From: Methanocaldococcus jannaschii DSM 2661
GTDB taxonomy: Archaea > AGJL01 > Methanococci > Methanococcales > Methanocaldococcaceae
Length of the DNA: 32,000 bases
Assembly: GCF_000091665.1 (NCBI RefSeq)
Contig: NC_000909.1
Location: 1,116,629 to 1,148,628, forward strand
Reading direction: 5' to 3'
Numbering within the stretch: the stretch's first letter is position 1; the number at the start of each line of letters is the position of its first letter. The notes below the pieces were generated by a model. The model searched no databases. It had not been told where the DNA came from and saw nothing but the letters and a program-made list of their open reading frames with translations. The position numbers and the translations under genes are program-made. Positions 31,737-32,000 of this stretch are shown here, piece by piece.

Positions 31737-32000
31737 TCATGTATTTGTATTTTTTATTTTGCATCTCTTTCGTTGAATTTCTTTTTTTATTTTTTCTCCA
31801 CTGACTCTAAGTAAGTTTGATACGCTTCTTGGGATTTTCCCATTATCAGATAAAATTTTTGCTATAATACTTGAAAGTAAAAAGATGGTATATATATGCT
31901 CTGCCTTTGTTCTGTGAATATGATGGGGATAGATATTTAACTCATCATACTCTTTAAATTCGTTATTGTCGCAATTATATTTTTTTTCGATATATTTTCT
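31737..32000 (-). CDS. Partial uncharacterised protein, 5' end outside the window
   Basis: The open reverse frame to the window edge translates to ...RKYIEKKYNCDNNEFKEYDELNIYPHHIHRTKAEHIYTIFLLSSIIAKILSDNGKIPRSVSNLLRVSGEKIKKEIQRKRCKIKNTNT*. Confidence 0.5.
   Translation of the reverse strand, partial: RKYIEKKYNCDNNEFKEYDELNIYPHHIHRTKAEHIYTIFLLSSIIAKILSDNGKIPRSVSNLLRVSGEKIKKEIQRKRCKIKNTNT

Overview
This 32 kb window looks like a euryarchaeal methanogen chromosome, almost certainly Methanocaldococcus. Gene content and order fit the M. jannaschii MJ1177-MJ1205 neighbourhood; this is from memory and was not searched. Most of it is conserved housekeeping and methanogenesis DNA, and I see no CRISPR array, transposase, defence system or obvious new multi-gene system. 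The central feature is a selenoprotein cluster of about 8 kb: hdrA, vhuD, vhuG, vhuA, vhuU, vhuB, fwdB. Five in-frame UGA codons lie in four genes, and the ORF caller breaks or misses these genes. Each has a 3' hairpin matching the archaeal SECIS core (GAA / CCC..GGG / A). The less explained signals are: (1) a terminal-inverted-repeat, hairpin-rich element between ribL and a synonymously diverged fragment of the ribL 5' end; (2) a 16-bp perfect inverted repeat flanking the predicted L7Ae-operon promoter, plus a leader hairpin whose loop is complementary to the Shine-Dalgarno sequence; (3) GC-rich structured segments upstream of hdrA and downstream of fwdB; (4) extra closing helices around two SECIS elements; (5) a single-nt frameshift in a substrate-binding lipoprotein gene that has a structured leader.
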